A stretch of DNA of 64,000 bases, taken from contig NC_043000.1 in NCBI RefSeq assembly GCF_006345805.1, positions 98,394,001 to 98,458,000 of the forward strand, read 5' to 3'. The notes below the pieces were generated by a model. That model was not told the DNA's origin. It did not search any database and saw only the letters and a list, made by a program, of their open reading frames with translations. How positions within the stretch are numbered: the first letter of the stretch is position 1; each line of letters begins with the position of its first letter. This stretch comes from Octopus sinensis (lineage: Eukaryota). The position numbers were made by a program, and so were the translations under genes. Of this stretch, positions 39,519 to 52,440 are shown piece after piece.

Positions 39519-39653
39519 TTGAAGTAGTGAAATTGAACGACCAAGTCCTTTTACTTAGTGATATCCTTTCATACTGGACACTTAAGTGGATTTCATCAAT
39601 ACCATTAACCTCTTTTATGATATACAACTTCCCATCTCTTAGTTCAAAATGAT
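39519..39653 (-). CDS. Internal exon, cadherin-like segment
   Basis: Acceptor ttttttattgCAG, donor GTAAGA; 135 nt, phase 1-1; (D)HFELRDGKLYIIKEVNGIDEIHLSVQYERISLSKRTWSFNFTTS. F-x-L-x-x-G-x-L followed by L-x-V resembles the second half of a cadherin repeat. Confidence 0.75.
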
Positions 39654-39769
39654 CTGCAATAAAAAAAGTAAATATACAACAATATGTAAGCAAATAGATG
39701 TGTATATAATTTTTTGCACATGTAAACAGATTTTAAGACACGAATAAACTGCTTCTATCCGGCAGAGGT

Positions 39770-40790
39770 GAAGGCGCGTGACTTAGTGGTTAGGGTGTTA
39801 GACTCATGATCGTAAGATTGTGGTTTCGATTCCTGGACCAGGTGATGCGTTGTGTTCTTGAGAAAAACACTCCATTTCACTTTGCTCCAGTCCACTCAGT
39901 TGGAAAAAAATGAGTAATCCTACGACAGACTGGCGTCCTGTTCAGGTGGGGAATACATATAACCCAGCGTCTACTTACTCCCTCCACAACACTAATCTCA
40001 AAAAGTCTTCATGTGAACGGGACCTGGGCGTTATTGTCGACAGCGATTTGCGTTGGACAAAACACATCGCTAAAATTGCCAAGAAGGCTGAGGGTGTCTT
40101 GACATCAATCACCAAGTCTTTGTGAGCTGCTCTCCGGCTATATATCTGCGGCTTTATATAGCTATGGTACGACCTCACCTGGAATTTGCATCACCGGTCT
40201 GGAACCCCTATCTTGCCCAGGATATTAATCGTCTGGAAGCCGTTCAGCGACGTGCAATCAAGAGAATACCCTCCATCAGACATTTGCCATATTTTGAACG
40301 CCTTACTTCCCTGGGTATGTATACATTGAAACTCAGTCGTCTGGTAGCTGACTTGGCAGACACCCATAAAATTATTAACCATCTTACAAACAATAACTCT
40401 GAGCACCTTTTCAAACGCCATCTGTTTAACACCCATGGACATGTTTACAGAGTCAGAAAACAGCACAGCTCCCATGACTTTCGGAAACATGGAACAAACT
40501 GCCGGCATCAGTTGTTAGTTGTCGGAGCACTGCATCCTTCAAAACTTCCATGCTTCCTGAGATTCGCCAACACTACACCTGATTTTCTCCCCTCCATACA
40601 CACGCAAGCATGTATCTGACTCATACACTGTTCACTTTCCAGACATTTGTACATTACTGCGTATGCATTATATACACTTTTGACAAGTTGTGGTGCTCCT
40701 GAGCACTGTATACAATAATTTCATTATTATTATTTTATTATATACGCCAGTGAAACCGCGAAACCGGTCCTCATGAGCCTGGCGTGTCTC
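39770..40790 (+). mobile_element. tRNA-derived SINE split by a CR1-clade LINE 3' fragment (39961-40740)
   Basis: CR1 motifs ERDLGVIVDSDLRW and LYIAMVRPHLEFASPVWNPY. The SINE halves rejoin as gggaatacatat|acgccagtgaaaccg, matching the intact tail at 26436-26520. Confidence 0.88.
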
Positions 40791-41254
40791 TAGAAGAAAA
40801 AAATTTGTTTTTATCCGGCGGTTATAATAGAAACAGAAACCAAATCTCCCTCAAATCACACCCTAATGTTTTAAAGAAAATGTAGTTCTAAAAACAAAGC
40901 AGAAAACAAAAACCCTGACAGTTGCAGTTGGAACGTTTTTGACTATACGCCTGTTGAATCAGCACTGATCTGTAGTTTAATTAACAATGCCGATAATTAA
41001 TCTGTGCGCGTGCACAAACACACATTAATTTCTACAGTCAAGAAACAATTGTTGCCGTTGCGTAATTGTAGTTTCCATAATTATCTGTGGTCACTAATGA
41101 CTTATATATATAAAAACATACATACTTTGTTAGATGAATATACACACGTGTGAATACACTGGCATACACAGAGACATGCGCTCAGTAACACAAATATTGA
41201 AACGTGCATGCACAAACAAATACGCATACATTTCCAAATATATATATATATATA

Positions 41255-42020
41255 TATAGACCAACACATGTTTCAATTGCACCTATTAGTAACCGTAGCA
41301 ATTGTAACTATACTATAAAACCGGTGCAGCTTCTTCAGGGTCTTTACTTTATATACTTCGGTTTGGCCGTTTAACGATTTTCTTTCATCTACTCTGCGCT
41401 GTATAATGTAGAACTGTCCATTAAGTTAGATGCTATCAATTTCCATTTCAAGTTCTTATTGGATAATCATTTTTAATCCATTGTTTCAAAACCGTCTATA
41501 GTTTAAATGATAATTATTCATTTTACTTGGCGAATGTGAATTTCGTCAAGTGCAACCATCTCAATGCTTGTTTCTGTCTAGAATTTATTACTTTAACCTT
41601 GGATGTGAAAATCCGGTAAAATTCTTCTAAATAGTTTCCAGGTCTGCGTTGTTTTGCAGTAGAAATTAATTCCCATTTACTAGTATAGTCTTTGTTACTG
41701 TCCTTTAAAGATCACATTAACTGGCTAAAACTCGTTTGGAACCTATTAATATCGTCTTTAAATGAACTCAAATGATTTGTCAGTCACTTGAAAATTACTG
41801 ATGTCCCTCCGATGTAAAAGAATTCTTTACCCTCAGATATAACTTTACATCTATGTATTACATTTTAAGTCTTACACGCAGAGTAGAAGAAAGAAAATCT
41901 TTGAACGGTCATATCGAAGAATATCAAGTAAAGACCTTGAAAAAACTGCACTGGTTTAACAGTAGGGTTGCAATTGCACCGGTTACTAATCGGTGCAATT
42001 GAAATATGTGTTGATCTATG
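41255..42020 (-). mobile_element. Short Penelope-like element: GIY-YIG remnant between inverted hammerhead-bearing pLTRs
   Basis: Minus-strand VIHRCKVISEGKEFFYIGGTS...NHLSSFK; 41258-41343 and 41932-42017 are inverted homologues. Confidence 0.8.
41258..41343 (-). ncRNA. Type I hammerhead ribozyme with an intact core and long stem II
   Basis: AGACC-CUGAAGA-AGcUGCACC...GGUGCAaUU-GAAA-CAUGUG-UU/GGUCU. Confidence 0.72.
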
Positions 42021-42315
42021 TAAGGAGGTATTAAAGAATTAAAGTAAATGCTATGCAACTTCGTAGTAATCTTTATCATTAATATCTATATGGTTAAGGA
42101 AATCTATATGGTTAAGGAAATACATTCAGAATTATCCAACGGAATATCTCTCTATCTAATTTCTTATAAAAATGTTGTTGGATGTATATGTGAATATATT
42201 TTAAATATCTAACAAAGCAAACTGGTAATCGTTTTGAGGTAATCCCTTACTTTTTACACACACACAGATATATATATATACACATGTATATATATGTATA
42301 TGTATATGTATATAT

Positions 42316-42386
<71 letters not shown>

Positions 42387-42500
42387 CATACACACATCAG
42401 AGTAAGCACATAAATGCGAAACAAGGTGAAAAGAATAGTACTCGAACAGAGGAGGTAGATTAATATGCTTTATTAAAAAGCGACAAAAGTATCACAAAAA

Positions 42501-42538
42501 CTGTTACTCAGAATTTCACGTTCCCGTTCGTCGGACAG
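42501..42538 (-). ncRNA. Hammerhead-like motif with U4C core in a short inverted-repeat element
   Basis: CUGU-CCGACGA-ACG ggaa CGU-GAAA-UUC u GAG-UA/ACAG; degenerate inverted copy at 42551-42592; a relative at 16436-16470. Confidence 0.6.
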
Positions 42539-42649
42539 TCGTAAGCAAAATTGTCCGACGAATGGGAATGTAAAACTCTGAGATATTTTTGAGGCTTTTT
42601 AATAAAGTATGCAAACACACGCACATAAATGTTATATATATGCTTATAT

Positions 42650-42797
42650 AAATAAATAAATGGAGTTAAACTCAGGTGTTATTCAAATCTTTTTACTTCC
42701 AACATATGTTTCGAAGAAACATTTTGAAGGTAGAGTAGACAATCATCACGCTATAGAGATCCATTGATGTCTGGAAATTGGTCAGCCATCTCATAAA

Positions 42798-42868
<71 letters not shown>

Positions 42869-45800
42869 GTCCAAATCAGCGATTTGTGCTGAATCAGAAC
42901 TTCCCATCGTGACATCAAAACTCTTGGACGTATCTTTACGGACCCATAGTTTGTTATCAAATTTAATAATAGATTTTCTGGTGGCTAACACGACATTAAT
43001 TTCACCCCTGGTGAGACCTGCTTTGTTGTGAACGAGCATGAGTGCCTTGTTGAGTACGATTGGGTTGACAGAGAAACAGGAACTAGAAATGTCAAACTGA
43101 ATAAACTTAGTGCACTTCTTGTTAATAGAATTAATCCAGTCGACCAGTTGGAACGAATTAGACCATAAATTAAGCTTTAATTTTTCAAACTAAGGTAGGA
43201 ATATATATATCTAGAATATTTTTGCTAAGTAAATCGATATCAGAGCTAGAAAGACAAATAAGTCATAAGATTGTGTTATTAAAAAATTTGTTTGTGATCT
43301 TTTAAAATAATACGCGGTTGTTTGGAACCAAGGGGTTCTGCCTTCATCTATAAGTCATATTTCTCCATAATTTTCTTAGCCTCAAGGTTGAATTTCCTGA
43401 TTGCACTTTTACCGGTAATCCTATAATTCTTTTGTATTTCTTTTCTAAGCAGTTCTAGGTAATAATCCTTGATAACCCTGTATAGGTTTCATGTTTTATC
43501 CGATTGAACCAGTATTCCATTCATTTATGAATTTTTTTGGTGATATTGTGAAGATACCTGAAGATGTTTATTCCTTAGGGTGAACGGTGGAATTTCACAT
43601 TTCTCACGGTAGACCAGATTTCGTCTTCGAACTGTTTCAAGATCGTTAGAGGGCTGTTTAATGTTTTTATTGTCGAAGAAAAAGGTAAGCCATCTAATAC
43701 TGTTAATAAAGGAGTTTGTCTCACTAATGAGTTGCTTAAGGAAAACCTTCCTTGGGGCAAAGGATATATCCTTAAGAGATGTGTTTATATCAAATAACTC
43801 CATATGTAGTAACTATTTTATTAGTAGGTTATATGGAAACCTGTTTGAAATGTATATAAATGTATGTGAATTTTTTGAATGTTTACAAATAACAGGGAAA
43901 AATTAAATAAATAGTTACCAGGGTAGCGAAAATTCACACAAGTACCAAGGATGTAACAGCCTACTTATAAAGGTAGAAATTCCAGGTTTTGGTGACATGT
44001 TTTTGTATGACATAGATAAATAAATAAATGGAATTAAACGCAGGTGTTACTCAAATCTTTTTCCTTCCGACATATGTTTCGAAGAAAACATTGATATTAT
44101 TCCGGAAGGAATAAAATGATGAAAAATAATGCAATCTTCTCATCAGGGAAAGAAAGAAACCATACACATAAGACATTTTAACAGAATATGAGGACTGCGT
44201 AAACGATGAAGGGAACGCAAGGAAGTTTCTTTAAAAAAACCGTTAATAGCTATAACGTCAAAGGTAGTTTATAGAAAGAGAAGGGTGAGAAAGAAAGTAA
44301 TTAGCAGAAAACTAATAGTGGGGGGATATAGAGAGATAGGTGGATAGGAATAAAGCTTAAAGGCTTGGAAGTAGATATATTTAGTGGAAGTGAAATATAA
44401 GAAGACAGTCAAAGGTCGAATTTTATAGAATGGCAGAAATCACTAATAGGAACTAAAAGTATTTTTGCCAATGTTTACAACGATAAACGTGTTTTATAAA
44501 CGTGTTCACAAGAGGATTCTCTGAGAACAGGATGAAATACTCGTTACAAAGCGGACAAAAAGATTTACCTTTATCATATGGAAATGATATAGATAGAATA
44601 TTCCATTCCAAATCAAATTGTTTATTATGATCCTTTAGATACCAAATTAATTTACTAAGCCCAGTATTGTTACGTTTATTGATATGTCTAAATGTAGAGT
44701 AATGATAAGATATTCTTTTGGACAACTGAGATGAAGAGCTACCTATATAAAAAAGGCGTCAGAACCAGAAGTAATTTTACATAAATAGAGTTTCTAGTCT
44801 TAGAATTACTGCCAAGGTAACGAATGCGATTGGAATCCACATCAGGAACACTAACACCGTTGCTATTATCATTTAAAGAATGGTTATTGTTAACAATATC
44901 AATGTTACTATTTTCATTAAGTGTATTTGGATTTAACAACCTATTATGCGAAGAGATGATTTGTGAACGATTTTTGGTGTTAGAAAACCCTATCCGGATT
45001 CGGAGTGAATTAATAATCGAATAGTATCTTGAATTTCTTGGGAAAGCTTCACGAAACTGGTATGGAGGTTGGATATGATCTGCTTACCATATGGAATTAT
45101 CAACTAAACCTTTTGCTAGAATATACCTTTTTATTAGGGTAATTATCTTTAAAAGTCCTCGATGTACTTTTATAGCGAAAAACGGGTCTTAAATAACGGT
45201 TATCTCTCTCACGCTGCAAAATTACATTACTCGATTTAGTGTTGTTATTCGATCTAAAATTGATATTGTTAATATCATTATGATTTGATTTCATGTCCTG
45301 ATTAATAGAGGTAGAATTAATGTCAATAGGGTTAATATAGGTAATTTCTTCTTTATAGCCTGCTTTAAATAAAGCAGAGTTATAAAATTCTGCTTTATCG
45401 TTGAAGATATCAACATTAGCTGATAATCTAGAAAGTCTAAGTGAAATATTCCTAACTATACTCGTTGTAATAGCCTTAGAGTGATTACTGAAAGAGCTAA
45501 TATATTTTAAATTAGTCGAGGGTTTATGGTATGCGAAACATGAATCATTATGCAAAAGTAAAGTAAGGAAGAATATATGCGAGTGGAGTACTTAAGCTGC
45601 AAGCTGTCATAAATATAGGGCGCACTAACCTATTTATTTCACTTAAAAATAAACTGTGTTCAACAGTTAACAATGTAGATAAAAAAACTAAATATCAAAG
45701 AAAAATTGACAGCAAAAGTTTCGTAATGTATATTTTCTGGAGTTCTAGTATGACCAATAATCTTATTGTAGGGTGTAATTTGAGTGAGATATTACCAATG

Positions 45801-46010
45801 TTTTCTTAGAAACATATGTCGGAAGTATAGAGATTTGAATAACACCTGCGTTTAACTCCATTTATTTATTTATCTATGTTATACAAAACATTTCACAAAA
45901 ACCTGGAATTTCTACCCTTATAAGTAGGCTGTTACATCCTTGTTACTTGTGCAAGTTACCCTGGTAACTATTTATTTATTTTTCCGTATTATTTGTAAAC
46001 ATTGAAAAAC
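42650..46010 (-). mobile_element. Penelope-like element in permuted partial-tandem arrangement with an inverted pLTR
   Basis: RT N-terminal part (FINSIRWLTFFFD; FDVTMGSSDSAQIADL) at 42870-43800; pLTR at about 43850-44400; GIY-YIG (LSKLIWYLKD...EWNIL...CPLCNE) at 44453-44800; RT C-terminus (YHKPSTNLKYISSFSNH) at 45100-45555; inverted pLTR part at 45800-46010. Confidence 0.88.
44065..44150 (-). ncRNA. Type I hammerhead ribozyme with a fully canonical core
   Basis: UUCC-CUGAUGA-GAAGA...UCUUC-GAAA-CAUAUG-UC/GGAA; palindromic stem III and GUC cleavage triplet. Confidence 0.82.
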
Positions 46011-46529
46011 TATATATATCATATCATATATGCATATATATCATATATGCATATGTGTGTACAGGACGTCACTAACAGTAAACATGAAATACGAAAACAA
46101 ATAAAACAAATGAGTTAAATATGCAAATAACAAGAGAAAAAAGGACAAGTAATACAAAGAATGACCCTTCATCTGTTGTCGGGTGTCTATCTACTCCCCA
46201 TTTCGATCAATCAACGACAGACAGTATAGTCTTCGAAGAAAGTTGGTCCCATAAATACCAAAATAAAATTTTGGATTTATGGAGGGTCAGAATTAGGAAC
46301 AAAGACAGAAAAGTGGAGACCTACAAGGAAACCGAACGAAAACAAAAAAACAGAGGGTCAATAGACTTGAACGAGCGCAATATAGTGAACGCCGAGGGAG
46401 ATATTTTCTTTGAAATGAGAAAAGATAGAAGAAAGAGATATAGGAGACGTCCAGTCCTTAGAACGTCCGTGCAGGAAAGAAAAATGGTCACGTGAGGAAA
46501 AGAAAGATGGGCGATAGTCACGTGTGAAC

Positions 46530-46566
<37 letters not shown>

Positions 46567-46679
46567 AAGAGAGAGAGATAGATAGTAAACGATGAAAGGG
46601 CGAAAAGGAAATTAGAGAGGATGGGGAGAAAACACAGACGTAACAGGAATAAATAGACACTCCATAAAACATCGTTCAT

Positions 46680-47581
46680 GTTTAACTTGGAAAGGTTTAT
46701 ATTTTATTAATTGACATTTTTTTGCTTCAGGTTCTATATGTGACTATTTAATCATGCCACATACAAAACAAGCCTTGGGACAACGAATTTCAAAGAGGCC
46801 GTACTGTGGGTTAATCTGAAGGTAGACTTAGCGTAAAATCGCAGAAAACCTTGGAATCCCGCTTACTACAGTTAATAGAGTGTCTGTGCAATTCACCAGA
46901 GATCTAAAGAAGTTCATCTCAGGTCGCCCTGATCGAACAAAGCTCTTTGACAGTACAATTTGCTTTGTTAAGAGAGGTGTGGAGGACAATCCTCGTTGCA
47001 AGGTCTCTAACATAGCAGAACAAGTTGATGTCAGTCCTAGAACAGCTGTCAAGTATTTCCACAAACTTAGCTTTCCACAAACTTACGACTTAGACTGTCG
47101 TAGAGCAGCAAGAAGAGGCTACTTCTTCGACCAGCTAATATCAAACGGAGAACAGATTGAGCCAGTGAGATAGTGGAGAGGCTACCAGCATTTTGAGACA
47201 GTGTCACATTCTCTGATGAGTCCAGATATGTTGTATTTTCTGACAGTAGCTGAGTGTGGGTCTGGAGACTCTTTGATCAAGAATCTGGCTTGAAAAGATT
47301 TCAGCCAACAATGAAACACAACGGCCAATCTGTGGTGGTCTGGGGAGCAATTTAGAGCAATGGTCGATCAGAGCTGGTGGAATATGAGGAAAACATAAAC
47401 TCAGATATGTTTATATTGCAAGAGTTGCTGTGTGGTAAGTAGCTTGCTTACCAACCGCATGGTTCAGGGTTCAGTCCACTGCGTGGCACCTTGGGCAAGT
47501 GTCTTCTACTATAACCTCGGGCCGACCAAAGCCTTGTGAGAGGATTTGGTAGACGGAAACTGAAAAAAAGCCCATCGTATA

Positions 47582-47632
<51 letters not shown>

Positions 47633-48300
47633 GTGTGTGTGTGTGCGTGTGTGTGTGTATGTGTGTATGTATATATACATGTGTACGTGTGTATATGCTT
47701 GCGTGTCTGTGCTGTTCCCCCAACGTCGCTTGACAACCGATGCGGGTGGGTTTACGTCCCCGTAACTTAGCGATTCGGCCTAAGAGTCGGATACAATAAG
47801 TATTAAGCTTACGAAGAATAAGTCCTAGGGTCGATTTGTTCGACTAAAGGGGGGTGCTCCATCATAGCCGCAGTTAAATGACTGAAACAAATAAACGAAT
47901 AAAAGAATTACAGAAAGGACTCCTTCCAATCTTCTCCAGTGGTGAAATGATTAAAGAAGACTGTTTATTTATGGAAGACGGCTAAAAAGACCAAATACTG
48001 GTTGGTATTAAAAAGCTTCCATGGTTAAGCTAATCACCAAATATGATCTTTATTGAACACCTCTGGGGCATAATGGACTGGATACTTCATGAAAAGAACA
48101 AGAAAGTATACTAAAAAAAACCCTTTTCAAGCATGAAGCTTGACAAGAAATTCCTCAGGAGAATATTCGTCATCTGATCAGCAGCCTGTCTAGTAGAGAC
48201 CTTGCATTGAAAAATGCAAAGCGCATGTCTACTAAATATTAGATATTCACATCACAATGATTAATAAATAATTTGAATGTATAATTTCAGATTTAAATAA
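46680..48300 (+). mobile_element. Decayed Tc1-like transposon interrupted by a SINE (47425-47910)
   Basis: RKIAENLGIPLTTVNRV (HTH), [39 protein letters not shown]. The SINE has a tRNA-like head and an internal (TG)n; another copy of that family lies at 58480-58750. Confidence 0.85.
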
Positions 48301-48344
48301 ATTTTAACGATTATAAGGGTTTATATTTATTTCTGTCATGTCTG

Positions 48345-48415
48345 TGTACATACATACATACTTACGTACATACATACATACGTACATACATACATACATA
48401 CATACATGTATATAT

Positions 48416-48475
<60 letters not shown>

Positions 48476-48479
48476 GTGT

Positions 48480-48524
<45 letters not shown>

Positions 48525-49268
48525 CATATATATTTGTACTTTTACTTTTTATGCATTTCAACATAAACGCTGGGGCCATGATGGGAATACCGTTAATATC
48601 ACCACCTTATATTGGTCATTTCTATGTCGTTAGCTTTTTGATATTTGAGTTTGATATTACTGCTCTCGTTTGAGTTTCTTGCCATGTTGTAGGTTCATCA
48701 GCGATTTTGGATGGCTAAAATGTCAAGGTGCTTCATGAAAATATCTACCCCAACTCCATGTAGATCTCTTAGTCTTTTCTTTTTGTTGGCTATACATGAA
48801 ATAACTGTGGATCCTTGAACTTCAGACTATTGCAATACCTGGTTCTTACTCTAAGCGGTATGGTTTGGATCTTTGGAACAGTGTAGTCGTATTAAATTCA
48901 GGGCCTAGTATACCTCTCTATACCGAAGTTTGCCGGTCCCTTTAGGATCTTCTATATGCATATCACTGCATATTTCTCCCATCTTCGTTCCAAGGCATAG
49001 AGTCGTAATTCTTTCAGTCTCTTCCCCCAGTTCAAGTATTTCATGGATACAGTCTTCATGGTGTACGACTTCTCAGCTGCCTCGAATTTCGCTATCAAAT
49101 TGACGCTGTGGGATGACCGTAATCGAGTGCAATAGTCCAGTCGGCGGAGGATATATTCCATAGGACCAACATAGTTTCCTGGTCCCTTGTCCTGATTATT
49201 CACAGAATCCATCCAGTCATTAGCCTGCACAGTGCCACCATACATACATACATGCATACATACATACA

Positions 49269-49300
<32 letters not shown>

Positions 49301-49323
49301 CATACATACATACATGTATATAT

Positions 49324-49411
<88 letters not shown>

Positions 49412-49415
49412 GTGT

Positions 49416-49460
<45 letters not shown>

Positions 49461-50255
49461 CATATATATTTGTACTTTTACTTTTTATGCATTTCAACAT
49501 AAACGCTGGGGCCATGATGGGAATACCGTTAATATCACCACCTTATATTGGTCATTTCTATGTCGTTAGCTTTTTGATATTTGAGTTTGATATTACTGCT
49601 CTCGTTTGAGTTTCTTGCCATGTTGTAGGTTCATCAGCGATTTTGGATGGCTAAAATGTCAAGGTGCTTCATGAAAATATCTACCCCAACTCCATGTAGA
49701 TCTCTTAGTCTTTTCTTTTTGTTGGCTATACATGAAATAACTGTGGATCCTTGAACTTCAGACTATTGCAATACCTGGTTCTTACTCTAAGCGGTATGGT
49801 TTGGATCTTTGGAACAGTGTAGTCGTATTAAATTCAGGGCCTAGTATACCTCTCTATACCGAAGTTTGCCGGTCCCTTTAGGATCTTCTATATGCATATC
49901 ACTGCATATTTCTCCCATCTTCGTTCCAAGGCATAGAGTCGTAATTCTTTCAGTCTCTTCCCCCAGTTCAAGTATTTCATGGATACAGTCTTCATGGTGT
50001 ACGACTTCTCAGCTGCCTCGAATTTCGCTATCAAATTGACGCTGTGGGATGACCGTAATCGAGTGCAATAGTCCAGTCGGCGGAGGATATATTCCATAGG
50101 ACCAACATAGTTTCCTGGTCCCTTGTCCTGATTATTCACAGAATCCATCCAGTCATTAGCCTGCACAGTGCCACCATACATACATACATGCATACATACA
50201 TACATACATACATACATACATACATACATACATACATACATACATACATACATAC
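48345..50255. repeat. 936-bp tandem duplication containing a CR1-like 3' fragment (minus strand)
   Basis: 48520-49240 and 49456-50176 appear identical (LNWGKRLKELRLYALERRWEKY); units are bounded by (TACA)n/(TA)n/(TG)n. Confidence 0.92.
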
Positions 50256-50339
50256 ATTCCTGCTACAATGTTACAAAAAACAAACGACTAGATACTAGGG
50301 TCTACAACAGCTACAGATATTAATGTAACCCATAATTAA

Positions 50340-51545
50340 TTTGTGTTAACAATACAAAAGAAAGTTGGCATAAGAATGGAATTTGACCAGAAGAAATGTT
50401 CTTATTTGATTGTTCAACGAAGAAAATCAATGTCTCAGACACAAAACCAGTGCATCAAAGATCTCATTTTCTCTCTTCTCCCACATGGAGAATGCTACAT
50501 GTACATAGGCATTGATGAAAATATATTATACGAACGTACTTTGAATAAAGATAGATTGACCCAAGAATATTACATCAAATTATGAGAAATATGACAGACT
50601 GCACTCTCCTCTTAGAAGAAAATAACCCAGAATGCATTTGCGATGCCAGTGCTGATTCCAACATTTGGGATACGTAACTGGTCTGGAGAAGAAATCCATT
50701 CCATAGACATTAAAACCCGCAAGATTCTAACATCAACTGGAAATCTTCACAAAAATAATGATATCGACAGACTGTACGTAAAAAGAGATAAAGGTGGTAG
50801 AGGCTTGAGATTAGTGCAGACAGTCAGAAGAATTTCAAGATCTTCAAGATAGTCAGGAGATCTCCAATCTTCAGGAACAGGAGATTGCTACTAAATACCT
50901 AATCAACAAAAGAGACAACGAAGACATTGGAGTTCAAAGATGCAGCCGTAAATTCAGATTTTGTTTTATTTCTGTGGAAGACATCACACATGTGATTAGC
51001 AGCTACTCAAAAATGTCATCAAGGTACTACCTCCCAATGCAACATGACGTTGTTGCAAAAACAATATACAATGCTATTAGGAAAAAAAGACTGTCCCGGG
51101 ATAAAAATGAGAATTCGCCCCTCCCCTATTATGGAATACACTCACAAATACCAGCATAAAGAATACTGGTGGTATATTCCCACCAAAACATCTGTCAAGT
51201 GTAAGCATAAGAGACCATATATTGTTGTTTGGGATAGGCAAGGAAAGGTATGTTCAGCTATCCTTGGTCAGCTATCGTGCTGATGTGAATATCTCTTTCA
51301 AAATCAAAGAGAAAGAAGATAACTATGGATAACTGTTCGAAGCCTCAAGGTTTTATATCCGGATTACAAATTTACATTTATACCAACAATAATTGGAGTA
51401 CTTACTTTTGTAAGTAAATACCTAACCGCCAGTCTGGATAAGCTTGGATTTTCAGGAAAAAAATCAGTCGATTCGCACATTACAGATACAGTCTGTAAGC
51501 GGATCAGTAAAACTATGCAAGACTTTTTTCAGGTTTAAAATGTAA
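50340..51545 (+). mobile_element. R4/Dong-like LINE fragment
   Basis: MEFDQKKCSYL, IDIKTRKILTSTGNLHKNNDIDRLYVKRDKGGRGL, HKRPYIVVWD. Confidence 0.85.
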
Positions 51546-51914
51546 AATTGTTTTCCTTTATCTACACTTCAAAGATGGAACTTGGTATCTTTGTTAGAAA
51601 CCAGTTTAACGTAGATATCGGGAAGATTCAGCGTGATACAGAGTGTGACAAGGCTGGCCCTTTGAAATACAGTTACAAAAGAAACAGGAAGAAAGAGTGA
51701 GAGAAAGTTGTGGTGAAAGAGTACAGCAGGGTTCGCCACCACCCCCTGCCGGAGCTCGTGGAGCTTTGGGTGTTTTCGCTCAATAAACACTCACAACGTC
51801 TGATCTGGGAATCGAAACCGCGATCCTACGACCGCGAGTCTGCTGCCCTAAATACTGGGCCATTGCGCCTCCATGGGTCAGCTAGTACTTCAAGTGTGAA
51901 TGAATGCCAACTCT

Positions 51915-52440
51915 ACAGGGTGTCCCAAAATTAAGGCAACCAACTTTTTTTCAATTTTGTCATGACAGCATGTTATATTTCGGATCAGAGCATTGCAATG
52001 ATATGGTAAAACAAACACAGTTATGGCGCTACCATATTTATTCGATATGACCCACCTCTGTTTTGAACCACAGCCTTAAGTCTGGGTGCGAATACTTCAC
52101 ACGCGGCACGCAACTGTTATTGCAAAATCAAAGCCCATTCATGAAGCAGTTTTGCTCTTGGAACGTTGAGCAAATCACGAGGAGTGTTTTCGTATCTCGT
52201 CTCCAAAATGAGTCAAACAGAAAAGTTCAACGGATTGAGATCGAATCTTCTTGAGGGCCTTATATCCTTACCCATGAACGACATAATGTTTTTCTGAATC
52301 CAGTGTTGTGTCTGTTTGGAGCTGCGGGATGGTGCCGAGTCCTGTTGGAGACTCTAAGGTGCGCCTTGAAAGTGTTCATTCGTCCATGGAAACAGTTCAG
52401 CTTCACAGCCGCCTGACTAGATTTTGACGTCGATTTACGA
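51915..52440 (-). mobile_element. Tc1/mariner (maT/DD37D-like) 3' fragment
   Basis: TA-CAGGGTGTCCCAAAA terminus; minus-strand QQDSAPS..SKQTQHW and a degenerate SPDLNPLDF-type motif. Confidence 0.65.
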
